This document shows positions 24,204 through 36,795 of a DNA stretch of 64,000 nt, piece after piece. A program made the position numbers and the translations under genes. Positions within the stretch are counted from its first letter, which is position 1; each line of letters starts with the position of its first letter. This DNA is from Phoronis australis (taxonomy: Eukaryota; Animalia; Phoronida): positions 1-64,000 of the forward strand of contig NMRA01000583.1 in NCBI GenBank assembly GCA_002633005.1. Reading direction: 5' to 3'. The notes under the pieces are model-generated. The model worked only from the letters and a program-made list of their open reading frames with translations, was not told where the DNA came from and made no database searches.

Positions 24204-27200
24204 ATGGCAGATTCCAGCTTTGGACCGAGTCCTAAACGAAAAAAGTTGGATAACTTGGAACTTGGCATGGGACATTCTGCAAGTCGTACCTCCTTGTCAG
24301 TATCTGAGGGTGAAATGTCATGCAAATTGCCCAGAGGTATAGCAAAACCCCACAAAAAGACATGCAGCTTGCAGTAGGTTTTAAAATGCTGAATATGATA
24401 GACTTGTAAACAGTTTGTTTATTGAAATTGATTTCAGATTCTTTCATCATTTTCACCGCAGCATCGACTGTCAAACCAAGTGACTGTCAACTTTTAATTA
24501 TCTTTTGTTTCTGCTAAGAATACAGATCATTAAAGGCGTGGTTTGTTTATTTTACACTAGTATGTTTTTATTGGTTTCATTAAATAGCTGTCTTTAAATT
24601 ATCGATTTGTCTTTATTACACATTTGCTTGGCTCTTTTTACTCACAGAAGAGAAAGAAAACCTAATGCTGTTACTTAAAATGGTATGGCAACTGTTGTGT
24701 GCCCAAGTACACATGGCCATGACTGCACAGCACTGCTTGCCTGCACACATTGCTTCATTGAATGCTCCTCTGTTGCTGGAGGCATCTTGATGGCATCAAC
24801 TGACATGTCTCAGCTATATATTGACAATTTGTACAAGCACATGTCTGGCGATGCCTTATCCGGCAATGGAATACACACCTTAGCAGCAGCTGGAATCTTG
24901 GCCATTGCTACGTTAATTTATGCCCTGCACAAGATAGAGCCTTGGCTGCTAACTGGTTATCTACGACTGAGGCTGCACTGATTTATGCCCAGCACAAGAT
25001 TGAGCCCTGGCTGCTAACTGGTTATCTACGACCGAGGCTGCACTGATTTATCGACCACAGTCAAAGACTTTTCTGAATTAATGTTTAAATTTATGACTGG
25101 TTGTATTTAATCACAGTTACAAAATACCATAATTCACTGGTTTCAGAAATTAACCTGGTTGAGTTTGCTGAATGCCGTGCAAGGGAGATCAAGGCTCTGA
25201 CTGCTGCAGTGATAGATGTGGGGACTGGTCAGAGGGTGCACCAGAAACTGCCCAAACACATGAGGAGACGGGCGATGAGTCACAACGTGAAGCGACTTCC
25301 ATGTAGACTGCGACGGACAGCTAGCTGGCAAGTAAGCACAACTACATCATTTGTCTGAGTTTCACTTGGTTTATGCAAAGTAAAGATAATATCTAAACGT
25401 GATCTGTTGGTGACTTTATCACAACATTCAAAGAACTAGGGATGTTCACCTTTCAGCTACCTGGACACCATTCCTAGATGTTATACGTACAAGAAGCAGC
25501 GTTTAGAAGCTGGTGTTTTGCCCAGTCGGTGTCCTAAATATGTCCTTCATTCTATTCTTTGTGTCAGATGCAAGAAGTAAAGCGTAACAAGCGTCCATCA
25601 CGCTGCTATCGTCGCCGGCCCAAGAACTTGTTGTCTGAGTACAATCGACGTCAACAGGAGACCAGGTGGATGGAGACGCACATATGGCATGCCAAAAGGT
25701 TCAAAATGATGCAGCAATGGGGCTGCAAGATCCCCTACAGTCCAAATGACAAAAGCGTGCGAGCTTCATACAGGGCCACCACACAGCATTGCCTCCTGCA
25801 GGTAGGGGTGTGAACTGGTTGCAGGATTTAGATATGTCATGACATTTTGGGATCGATGACACAATTGACGGGGAGGACATGTATTGTCTCCCTTACTTGT
25901 TTGACATGTTCCTGTCTTTCCACTCATGGGTTATCATTTGTTTGTTCATTAATGATCAGTGCTAGTTTGCACACTCTCAATGCCTATACACCATGTTTTA
26001 AGGTGAACAAAAATCATTGAGAAGAAATTAGGAATTTCATTTAATAAGTTCCTAATAAATCATTTGTGGAATTTTGAGAATAGCCACTTCAAGTTTTGTT
26101 CATAAATCGATGGTGTGCACACTTTGAAAAACAACCTGCGCCAGTTCCAAACATCATTATGTAGCTAATTAAAGTTCTTTCTGTTGCAAAATGGTCTTGA
26201 TGAGCAACATTGTTGGCTGAAAAATTGCGTGAAGTGGTGTGACATAAAATTTATGTGTTTGTGTAAATAACTCCACACGTTGTGTTGCAGGTGTCGGCCG
26301 ACAAGTTGTGGAGAAATCGAGCATGTTCAACTTTGCATTTTGTACAACTTTTCGGCAGACATTTGTCGAATGTGGGAGGAGTGTGCATTCGCAGACCAAT
26401 AAAATAATCTCATAAATTGTGAAAAGTGGTTCTCATTCCCACGGTTTCATTCTATCAATATAAACTGAATGTTTTCTAATTATTGTGACTTACTTGACTC
26501 AACAAATTCTGATTGTTCAGATTGTTTTAGGCTTATGAAGAATTTGACCCAAACTCGGTCCTATTTTAATTTTAGTTATGTCTTTCCGTTGGCTTACCTG
26601 ACACTCTTGTAAGTGGAACCATGAAAAATTATGCAACTATTTGGTATGAAATCTGCTTTTTGACCAGTCATTTCCTGGTCAGGTATTTACATGCTATATA
26701 TTGAATATTTCAGGACCAGTCATACTACTCTTGCATTGAGCTGAATGGAGACAAAGAGTTGATCGCTGGCCTTGAGCGTATGACGTCCCCTTTGTTAGGT
26801 ACGTACATTATTTCCTATCACAATTTCTTCAGCACAATTATTACTTTGTGTAATTTCATTGGAAATATGGAGGATTGATTCACTACAGCAGGGAGCTATT
26901 AACAGAGTGGAACTTGTGTTCAATTTGAGCTAATAGTATGTTGTTGAATAAGAAGTGATCGTTCAGTGGAGCATACAGGGACTGTACAAGAGTCGGGTGA
27001 TGTACTGTTTGTTTGAAACTGGGATTCCTGGAATGTGAAAAACAATATTACCTGTAAAACAAATTTCTGGCATTCATATTTCAGAGTATTTTTGTGGACT
27101 TTCTTGGGAGACCCTATTAGATGCTTCAGAGACAGTGATGAATGGGAATTTTCCGATTACATTAAATGCTATCGCAAACATTTTAAGTCCTGTTGTCCGC

Positions 27201-30200
27201 ATGCTTCATTTTATTATAAAAGAATTAGCAGTTTTGTCAGTTGTTTAATATTGTTTATAGGCCCCACATTCAGTGCAGAGATGTACATGGGTGGACGGCG
27301 GGAAGGAGAACTTGTTCTTTACAAGGTCGACACATATCCATACTGCGCTATTGGCCCAGTCAAATTTTTGTGGAAACCATTACTTCCTGATAGGGGGCAG
27401 GCAGGTGAAGATGACAAGCGACACTTGTGGATGTGGCTTCATCCCGCCATACGGCTGAGCGTGATCAAGGAAATTGTTCAGTTGTTCAACTTAAGTGAAG
27501 TCCAGAATACAAGGGAGAATGGTCAGTGCAACATGGTGGGAGGTGCGACGTCTGAAGGTGCTCATGGCACAGACATAAAAGCTTCTGTGGATGTTTGTGA
27601 AAAACAATCAGATGAACAAGAACAGTCAAAAACTGAGAAAACGTCGAGATCAGCAACTACATTTACCAATGGAAAAATAACTTTGCACGATTTGACCTTC
27701 GAGTTACTCAGATATCGTTTGACGGGTCCTCTATCTCAGTCAGTCTTGGCGCATGCCTTGCGAGTAGGTTCTGTAGAGTCCAAGCATGAAAGTGATGACC
27801 CCTGTTGGTGGGAAGAGATATTTAAGAATCCAGACAGTATGGAAGTGCACATTAAGCAGACAGATCTCTGGAGTAGCATTAAGTCCGTACCGTGCCCTGT
27901 GGAACTGGAAAGTCAATGTGTTATTGGCTTGACTGTGACAGATCCTCGACTTCATCTGTCCCAGTGTAAAGCACTGCCAGAACACAACGGTAAGGGCTTC
28001 CAGTTATTGCAGCTATAAATCCACCATGGTTGTTGAAGAGGGGTCTAACATTGCACTGCAGGTAGTTTATATTCCTCCACTTCAGCAGTGGAAATGAACC
28101 TCGTAAAACGTACCGGGTTTAAAACATTAAAAGCGATATAGCATATGTATTAACACGACTCCATTTTACCTAATGAATGTAAGTCTATCGTGATTACCGT
28201 GACAATGAACTATAGTTATAGTGTATGGCTTTTGCAGGTATCGTTTTAACAAGGTTCAACTGTATAAAAGTGTGGGTCCACACCCCTTCTCTTAATCCAT
28301 TCCTGCATCCACTAGTTGGTGGAAGTGTCACTGTATACACAAGAATTGAGGTCTACGTCAGTGTATTTGCTGGGATGTGCTCACTGTTTGGGGCAAGACT
28401 GTTTCTTTTGGCAAGTCGTAGATAATTTAATGGGCAACAATACTGACCTTCAAATTTTACAATGATTGAGGCTGTTACATTACAAAATATCCAACTACTC
28501 AGTCTCTCTTGTTGTAATCACCTCTAGTATGTCTATTCAACTTGCTGAATTCTGATGAACAGATTCATGGTCAAGTTCTGCTGCTGTTAGAGATTTCTCT
28601 CCTGAAGTGTGCTGGTCTCCTTTGTGGATACAGGATGTTCGAACTAAGGTCAAAGTGTTAAAATTATCTGATCATCAGCTCAATCAGAGACGATCGCAAC
28701 AGCTTGTGCCTGGTAAGTGCTTCCTTGGCTGCTTAACTGCATACAGATTACGTAAGCATTCACGACTAGAAGTATACATAAGAAATTGTCTGCATGCAGT
28801 CTATGCCTTGTGCATTTTCTAACAGTTGAGGTTTGTTGTTATAGAGATGGTCATAAAATTCACAAGCCAGAGAAATTAAAGTTCTGCCTTCCCTGTGCTG
28901 AAGAATGTGTAAATTTTCTGGTTTTCATGTCATGTTATAAGTCTGAGAAACGGAAAGTTATTCACTAGGTCCTCTCTCACAGACCAAGCTGGCATTTTTC
29001 GTGAAGGTGTATTTCCATGCTCCTAGCTATGTTAATGTATATCAGGAACTAAACAACAATGCTATTTTAACATAATCTATGCTAAACAAAGTGCTAAGTA
29101 TTCATTGATAACTTGTTAATGTGAAAACAAAAAAGTCTGCAAATAGGTGGCCTTTGCACTGATGACGTACCTCGCTGGCTCACATAGCCTGCATCATGCA
29201 GTGTTATTCCCAAGCACCACATCACGGTACTTACTGGACAAGGTTGAGTGATGTGCGGCGAATCAATTTCATCACAAAAATTCATTCTTAAAAACATTTG
29301 GCAATTTTCAACCAACTTCATTTTCAAATCATTGTTATTTTTTGTGTTTCTAACTAATTTAGCCAAGCAATCACAGAGAAAAGGAATTAGCCTGCAAGTT
29401 CCTCTTTAAGTACTCTTCCTTTGAAAACAACTGCTTTCCCTCGATTTTTATCTCCGTCCACAATTTTATTCTCATGAGCCCATTTCCAAATAAACTGCAG
29501 CATTTCTGCTCATGTGACATCACAGCAGTTACACTTGCCGAATTCTATTTATGTTATGTATGAAGTGCCAACTCTGACCAAATTGTTGAAGTTCTCTGGT
29601 CAGGTAAACGAGAATATGTCCGTTATGAGAAAACAAATGTGGTCATGAAACTGGAGTAATTATTAATGCTATGAACAGAGTATGCACTCATAAACCAGAG
29701 TCAATAAATAACACTTTGACTGCATGGCAATGACATTTCAAGTTTTGCTTCACAATCTTTTCTTGACACTGTGATTACATCGAGATTCAAACCTGGTCTC
29801 TCATTTTGCAAGCCTTGACTTTACCTCTGGGTCTCCAGCACATGATCAAATTTGAATGATTTCAAAGTCTTTTTATTTCATCTGAAGTCTGACGACACAT
29901 TTGGCTAAGATGAAATTTTTGCCGACTTTCAAAACACTTCAGTTGCATGGACTTTAGTACTTACACTTTGAGTGTACTGACACGCAGCTTCTGATCATAC
30001 TAATGTACAAACCAATTGATGTTTGTCAATTGTTCCTTTGTCCATTCTAAGCATCTGGGAGTTTTTTCAATAATTTCTCCACATTTTGGGTATTAAAAAT
30101 CTTGTAGTGATTGACGTGCAATCGAGAACCCAAACACAGCTTCCATCCACAAATTATTGAAGGCATGTAATATAATAAAACAATTGTTAACTTTCATCCT

Positions 30201-31451
30201 TGGTTAATATGTTGGTTATCAGACCCCAGTAACGAAAAAGATAGAGCCGAGGTCATTATCACATTTTTGGGGTCTGAAAAGCAACATAACCTATGCCGAA
30301 ACCGGTCGTTGTATAATTGTGGGGAAAATAAAAAAGGAATTAAAGCTTGTGAAAAAAGTACACATGAGTTGAGAGTGCCTGTGTGATGTGTGAGGACTAA
30401 GAACGTTTACCTTGGTACTGGCAGCTATTATATCAGTTATTTTATGCAAATGTAGGTAGGTGTTCTCTGAGCTATGACTTGTGCTTTCTAGCTGCTTTTA
30501 TGATTGACAGGGTCAGAAGTCAAGCTTGGCCGAGAAGAGTCTAAAGTACCACTTTTACTTATTCATTATGGCTCAGCTTCCTCCGCACCCAGTGGATGGG
30601 ACGTGATTATACCATCTGGTTGGGGTATGCCCTTCTGGCTCTCTTTTGTGTACCGAGGGGCCAGGGTTGGCGGGCTGGTGGAAATGGAGAATACCCTGGC
30701 CTACAGTGACCAACCCTGCTTCCCTAGTAATTACCCAGATACTGAGGCTGGTTTAGTGTACGATTGTCAAATTGAGGAAGAACTGCGAGCTAAGCATCAA
30801 AGATGTGTGCCCTCAAAGCGACCCAACTATCAAAAGCTGGGTGTTGCATGGTTCTTCCAAATGCCCTGGCAAGAGCTTGTCTATGCCTGGTGTCAAGCTG
30901 TCCCACAGACTGTAGAGGGCGCTGATGAGAGATTTCAGTGGTATGTTCAGCGGGAGAGGACAGTGTTGACAGTGTTGTCTCAGGCCTTGAAACATTCAAC
31001 TGGCGACTTGGAGAGTGATATGGACAGTCTGGGTGACAAGGCGAGAAACTCAATTGTTCGAGTGTGCTTGGCCCTCACCAAGAAGGGAAAGGCTGAAAGA
31101 TATGCAATGATATGTCTTCCAACACTCGAAGACATTGAAAAAGTTAAAGAAAATCCAAAATACTTTCCTGAGGAGCCGATACAAAAGGGGACAACAAAGG
31201 GGACAAAGAATGACCAAAGGAGTGAAAGCAATGCCTTCAGTATGTCTGTCTGCAGTCGTAAAGTGATTGGATTTGTGTGCAAGGGTGGGTTCTCATTCAA
31301 GCTTGGCCTGCCAGCAGCTGATGGATTCTGTGTTCTTCCGGGACTTGTCGAGTTGATAAAGAATCGCATAAGCAGTGTTTCTAAACCTTTAGTCTTGGTG
31401 CGAAATATTGATTCGTTGGTATACAGATTTGCTGACATTAGAATTAACTGA
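24204..31451 (+). CDS. POP1: Ribonuclease P/MRP protein subunit POP1, 818 aa
   Basis: Seven phase-consistent GT-AG coding exons totalling 2457 nt: 24204-24336, 25147-25331, 25568-25801, 26714-26798, 27261-27989, 28563-28712, 30511-31451. Hallmark motifs: [65 protein letters not shown]-terminal VLVRN. NLS-like PKRKK near the N-terminus. AATAAA at 31511. Confidence 0.96.
24916..25050. repeat. About 65-bp direct tandem duplication in a POP1 intron
   Basis: ATTTATGCCC.GCACAAGAT.GAGCC.TGGCTGCTAACTGGTTATCTACGAC.GAGGCTGCACTG occurs twice. Confidence 0.85.
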
Positions 31452-32532
31452 GCAACAAATATTATGAAGCCAGCTTTAACATTAGGGGTCATCTTGGACA
31501 TTTTTAATTAAATAAAATAGCATTTTTAACTCTGTATTACCATTTGTGACCTCTACATCCAAACAATAAATTCGCAACTTCTGTAAAAAATGACTCTAGT
31601 TGAAGCCATTTGCAGTTAGGCATACAACAGTCTCGTCATGTTCCTTGTTCAATAATTCTGGACTCCAGAACTGGCAGGTTATTTCTTCAAACCCGGTAGT
31701 TTTCATGTGGAGAAAATCTACAAAATACAAGCAATTGTTGGGAATAGAAACAGAATTGCTTGTCTTTCATTTCTGTTTAAAACTATGTTTCATTGGTTTT
31801 GTAATTAAAAATGCCTTTTGTCATTCACCTCTTCTTTTTTTAGCATTTTGACAGACAACAGTTACTGTAGTAGGAAAGGCTGGGAACCCACACAAAACTT
31901 TGACCAGTACCTTCTGCCTGTTAATGTACATCTATTTTGATTGGTGGATCAGTTCAGTAGCTAAGGCAGTATGTCCTTCAAAGGCACTCCATGTGATTTA
32001 TTATGATCAATTGTCAATTCAAACAGGATAAAGTCATGGTTGGCGTTGCTTTGGAAGAGCGAATGCAGTTACTAAAAAGTTTCATCAAGATTTCATGATG
32101 AGTTTACGGTTGAAATTTCTTCTAATAATCCAGCAAATTTACCTTAAATGACATATTAAGTTTTGAAGCCGATGTTGACTGCTTTCCTTCCTCATTGTGA
32201 CCCTGTGGAGTAGTGGGGTCAAGATGATGTCATAAACACGGGAAAGTTTTGATGCGCCATTGTTTATGACCTTGGACTCTTCTGTTGCATATGGATTACG
32301 TTGTTTTTCTTTTTCTAGCGTCGCTTTCACTATCAATTATTTTGGCATTTTAACCGTCAATCTCATGGTTGTTTTTTCTTGCATGATCAGTGATAGCTGA
32401 TTTGTCAAATTAACTGGGAGAGGCTTTCCCCTCCGACCTGGTGAAAGCTGTATGTCTGGTTATATCCTCAACGTCCTTATGATATTCACCCATTCTATAA
32501 CCAAAATTTCTACCCGTTTTTCTACCACAAAG

Positions 32533-32600
32533 ATGGTCGTGATCCCTTACGTGAAAAGTTTTTCGGAATCTGTGCGGTGTACTTAAAACCCACTAAATGG
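32533..32600 (+). mobile_element. Penelope-like retroelement fragment
   Basis: Translates MVVIPYVKSFSESVR, resembling the V.IPYV.G.SE...R linker between RT and GIY-YIG in Penelope-like elements. Very short match. Confidence 0.45.
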
Positions 32601-33008
32601 GTAATACCGTTTATATTGAAAACTCTAAATATTTTACTGAACAACTTAAAGAATTTGTGATCCAGGGTGATATGAAGAAAGTTGATGGTTTAAAACCAGA
32701 ACATAGTTTGCAGAGGCTTTAACAATATTCCAGGCTCTGCTATCAGAATTCATCTATAAACAATTTTCAGCCAGAACCATTTACCCTTTGTTTAGCTGTT
32801 GAATACACAGTCTAACTGGGACCTTGCGCATCAAGTTGAAAAGGCCTATTGTGTATGTGAAGGACACTCCTGAATTGCAACCATCTGCAAAATTCTAAGC
32901 CAATGCGTTACCCCCACCAAGCGCGGAGTGTGATGGTTCCCACAAAGATACTGTGGTGAAACTGTAATATCTTTGGTTCATAGTAATGTTGCTTTGAGGT
33001 AATATGTA

Positions 33009-33497
33009 GGACACTCAAAAAAGGCCAAATGTGACAAACTTCAGAACATCCTATCTCAGAAATGGCCCATTGGAAACTTTCAGATACCTTACTTTATGCA
33101 CAAATCTACTTGGACTTGGTTTTAAAGATATCCACTTTTGCATGAGGGGCTATCAAATATAGTACTCGTATGATTTTATGAGAGAACTCGAAAGTTGCAA
33201 AGCAGTGAAGACTAAATGACAATTTAGAAAACTGTAAGGTCTTGAACATCGATATCAGATAAAATCAAGTTTGATAAAATGTTTTTGATAGTTGGTGTGG
33301 ATGTACCTTTTTGCTAAATTTCACTAAATACAGGGTCATGTGACCCAAATTAATAACAGATTGATATATAGTCAAAGTTAAAATTCCACAGGTTTTCTAC
33401 TTTCAGAAAATATCTTTCATCGAGTTGAAATCTATAGTTTTGTAGATATTTGGCTCAACACACCGACACATCTCTAACGTCCTGTAGTGTCTTTAAG
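33009..33497 (+). mobile_element. Old non-autonomous DNA element family 2 (Kolobok-like ends)
   Basis: AGGACACT...AGTGTCTTTAA ends. The block GGTCA.GTGACCCAA..TAATA.CAGATTG...TTCCACAGGTTTTCTACTTTCAGAAAATA recurs near 44356 and 45679. Confidence 0.6.
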
Positions 33498-34741
33498 TAA
33501 CCAAGTAAACCTCTGGTTCAAATGAATTCTGAATTCCACTTTCATTTGGTGAATATTTCTTGAGTTTTCAGAGCGCTGATAAATAAAACTGCGAAGTATA
33601 AATCAGGACTTGAGCATGTAACGCGCAATTGTCAAGTAATCAAGCTTGGACACATTTACCTCACTTGACTATGAACAGGTTGATTGCTTATCAGGACTCA
33701 CATTCTTCATGCAGCTTGTAAAGTTGGCAATTTTTGATTTGACCTTGTTTACATCTTTACGAAATGTATCTTTGGAGTCCATTCAAAATGTCATGCAATA
33801 GTTGTATACATCATCCAGTTTTACACTCCTTTGTTAACGACAACTGTAGCTGGTCCTTGAACAGCATTTTGGCACGTTTGGCTAGATACTTGGGCCGTTT
33901 ACTCTCATAAAAATGAGTCTCTTAATAGGATTCCATTTCCGTTACCACAAGAATTACAAAATCATCAGCAACTCGAGAAAATGCTTCAGAGATGATTGAG
34001 GTTGGTCAAAAAATAAAAATTTTGAATTCGATGACGACGCATAGTGTAAACATTGCCTGTTTCTTGATTTGGTAACGGATCACGGTAAGGAATATTATGC
34101 GACCCTGTTTTATGAGAATAAAGTGCCTAATTCGCTTTTCATTTTTTAGCCAGCTAAACAAGGCGAGCTGCACCATAAATTGTCACCTTAAGCCATGCTG
34201 CCACTTGAAATTAGGGACCATTATAGTGAACAAAGTGTATTTTTGTGAGAAAAGCAAGACGGATACCTTTAACTTTTAATGTATACAGACTCGATGCCTG
34301 TCTAAAAACATTAACAATTTTAAATATCTATACACAGACAAATCACTCTCAAACACAGGTCACTGTCTTGTTGGAGTGTACTGACTAAAAAAATTAGTAT
34401 GGGTGACAATTCGTGTAACACAATATAAATAGAAGTGGGTAACAGGACTTGAAATTTGGACCACCAACACCAATACTGCAAATTCATTCTATAATGTTGC
34501 TATAGTCTGAGGAAAACTAGGTTGTTTGAATGCAAGAAATGTCAACACACTCAAAGTACAGCTAAAGTAATTGTCTTTTTACTGTTGCATGAGAGAGTAC
34601 AATAAATACAACAGAAATTAAATCCTACTTACAGCAGTTATGAGTGACTAACTAAAAACAAGGAAATGGCACTATACGCAGATACTCGGTGTTCAACTAT
34701 TTCATACACGCCAAAAATGGCCATTCACTTGTTCTGTGATA

Positions 34742-35010
34742 AATATATATAGGTAAATAAAACAACAAGAATGGATCAACTGAAATTTTGGGATATAATA
34801 ACCTCATGGATTAAACATAAAAACTTCTTAAATTACATCATTTAATTATTTCCGCAACAATGTATCATATTCATTACTCCACATCTTAAATGTCAATTGT
34901 CATATAGTGTTTGATTTTACTTTATTTCTGTTTCTGTTGACGAAGGACGTTATTATATCCAAAAAATTTCAGTTGATCCATTCTTGTTGTTTTATTTACC
35001 TATTTATATT
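34742..35010. repeat. Inverted repeat with arms of about 61 bp and a spacer of about 146 bp
   Basis: 34742-34802 is the near-perfect reverse complement of 34949-35010. Confidence 0.9.
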
Positions 35011-36795
35011 CTACATTTCGTGAAACAATAGTATCCTTGAGAGGATCTGGATCGCCTTATTTAGTTTCAGATTTATTTTCTACGTTCTGTGTTAAAGAAA
35101 TGCCAACAATTAAATTCGCTAGACAAGGAAAAGTCGGATTTTCGTATAGCATGTTAACTTGATTAAGTTCTTCGGTGTAGCTGTTCCAGTTTCTGCATTT
35201 GCCCCACCCGATAAGTCGGATTTTGCCTTGATCAGGTAACTAAGCTGCGAGTTTTACAGATGGAAAGCTAAAGGCATTGGGCCACACGGGTACAGAACAC
35301 TTAAACTTAAACAAGCTAAAGGTCCATGTTTACGGTATGTTCATAAACATTACTGTCACAAAAACAGTACAAAGTAACCAATAAGTGTGCATATCATCAA
35401 ACCATTCATGGATAGAACAATGAATTTTGCAGTGTAGTCACTAATTATTTCCGAGTACATATAGCTCAACTTGATTAAATCTGTTCTTTACATACACTAA
35501 TCTTCACCTTGTTAGTGTGAGAACCAGTTGCTTATATACGCCAATCTTCAACTTGTTAGTGTGAGAATCAGTTACTGGCTATAAACAGATAGTGACACAA
35601 CACACTAAACATCACATACTTGGGGTCCATCCAACCACACAACTATGTTGTACAAGAGGGCGACCTGTGAAGTGGCATTTTTACCGTGCTTTTTAACACC
35701 TGCGAACCATGCTTTGGGGCTACAAGCGAAGGCTATTTTTGGGATGTTGTGGAGCGTGAATTTAATCGTAGCTTCTAAATGTGAACAAGAGTTACAAGTT
35801 GGATGACGTGTGCATTTGGTGGTCACTAGGGGAGTTGATGGCAAGAAACAAAAATCTGTCATGGAATCGACAATTTTATTTGCATGAACCGTGATGCGAA
35901 CAAGGCATTCACCCCTCTAAGATACATCAAATACTGCCAAGCTCGCTCTAACATCTCAACTTAAGCCAGCATGGGCTGAGAAATTAGATTTGTTCAAAGG
36001 GCCATGTCCTATTTGCAATTTTCTTTTCATAAAAAATGGTTGTTATTCAAATATTTCTAACATGGGTTGAAGTAACGTTACTAGCCAAATTTCCTGTCGA
36101 TAGTACAATTTTTGGGATCCAGAATATTTTTACTGCATTTTAACTGTGAACAAATAATATATGAACAAAAAAGTTCCACACATTAAATGGCTTCACACTG
36201 TAGTCATGGTAGAAACTACATGAGAACCACTTACGTTCTGCCAAGTGAAAAATTTGACAATAGTTACTGTAAGCAGCAACAGGGTATTCATAAGTTTCAA
36301 TCCAGTGTTTCATGCTGTGAGTGTTGCCTAGAGACCTGCCCATATCTGATGCACCACGAGATGTATGAGAGTACCTTTAACCTGTTTGAAGCTGCAGTTT
36401 CTAATCTTAAGTTCAGAGAACTTACAACAATCATGTGAAGTAACTGTGTAACCAACAATACCTAAAAGTTCACCTTACCCTCAAGTTTTACCTTAATAGG
36501 CAGCATGCTCCTTACCATTGTGAAAAATTGTTTAACTATTCATGTACCTTATTGTGCAGTGCCAAAATTCCAGTTGAAGGTATAATATTTTTAGTAAAAC
36601 TAACTCTTCATTTCTTTAAGCCAAATTTCCCTCAAGTGTACATGAAACCAGTATTTGTGTTCAGTCTTACTAAGTAAATTACAAAGGTTTGTATACAATG
36701 AATATCTACTAACTGGCAAGAACTGAAACACATCACAGACTTCAAGAAACCTTTGACCCAGATGTGCGCAATCTTTTCTTGGATGACTTAAGACC

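Noticed and set aside
29780-29835. tRNA-like sequence on the minus strand (GGTTTGAATCTC B-box-like)
   Set aside because: No complete cloverleaf; at best a decayed SINE head.
30980-31501. 173-aa minus-strand ORF
   Set aside because: Antisense shadow of the last POP1 exon.
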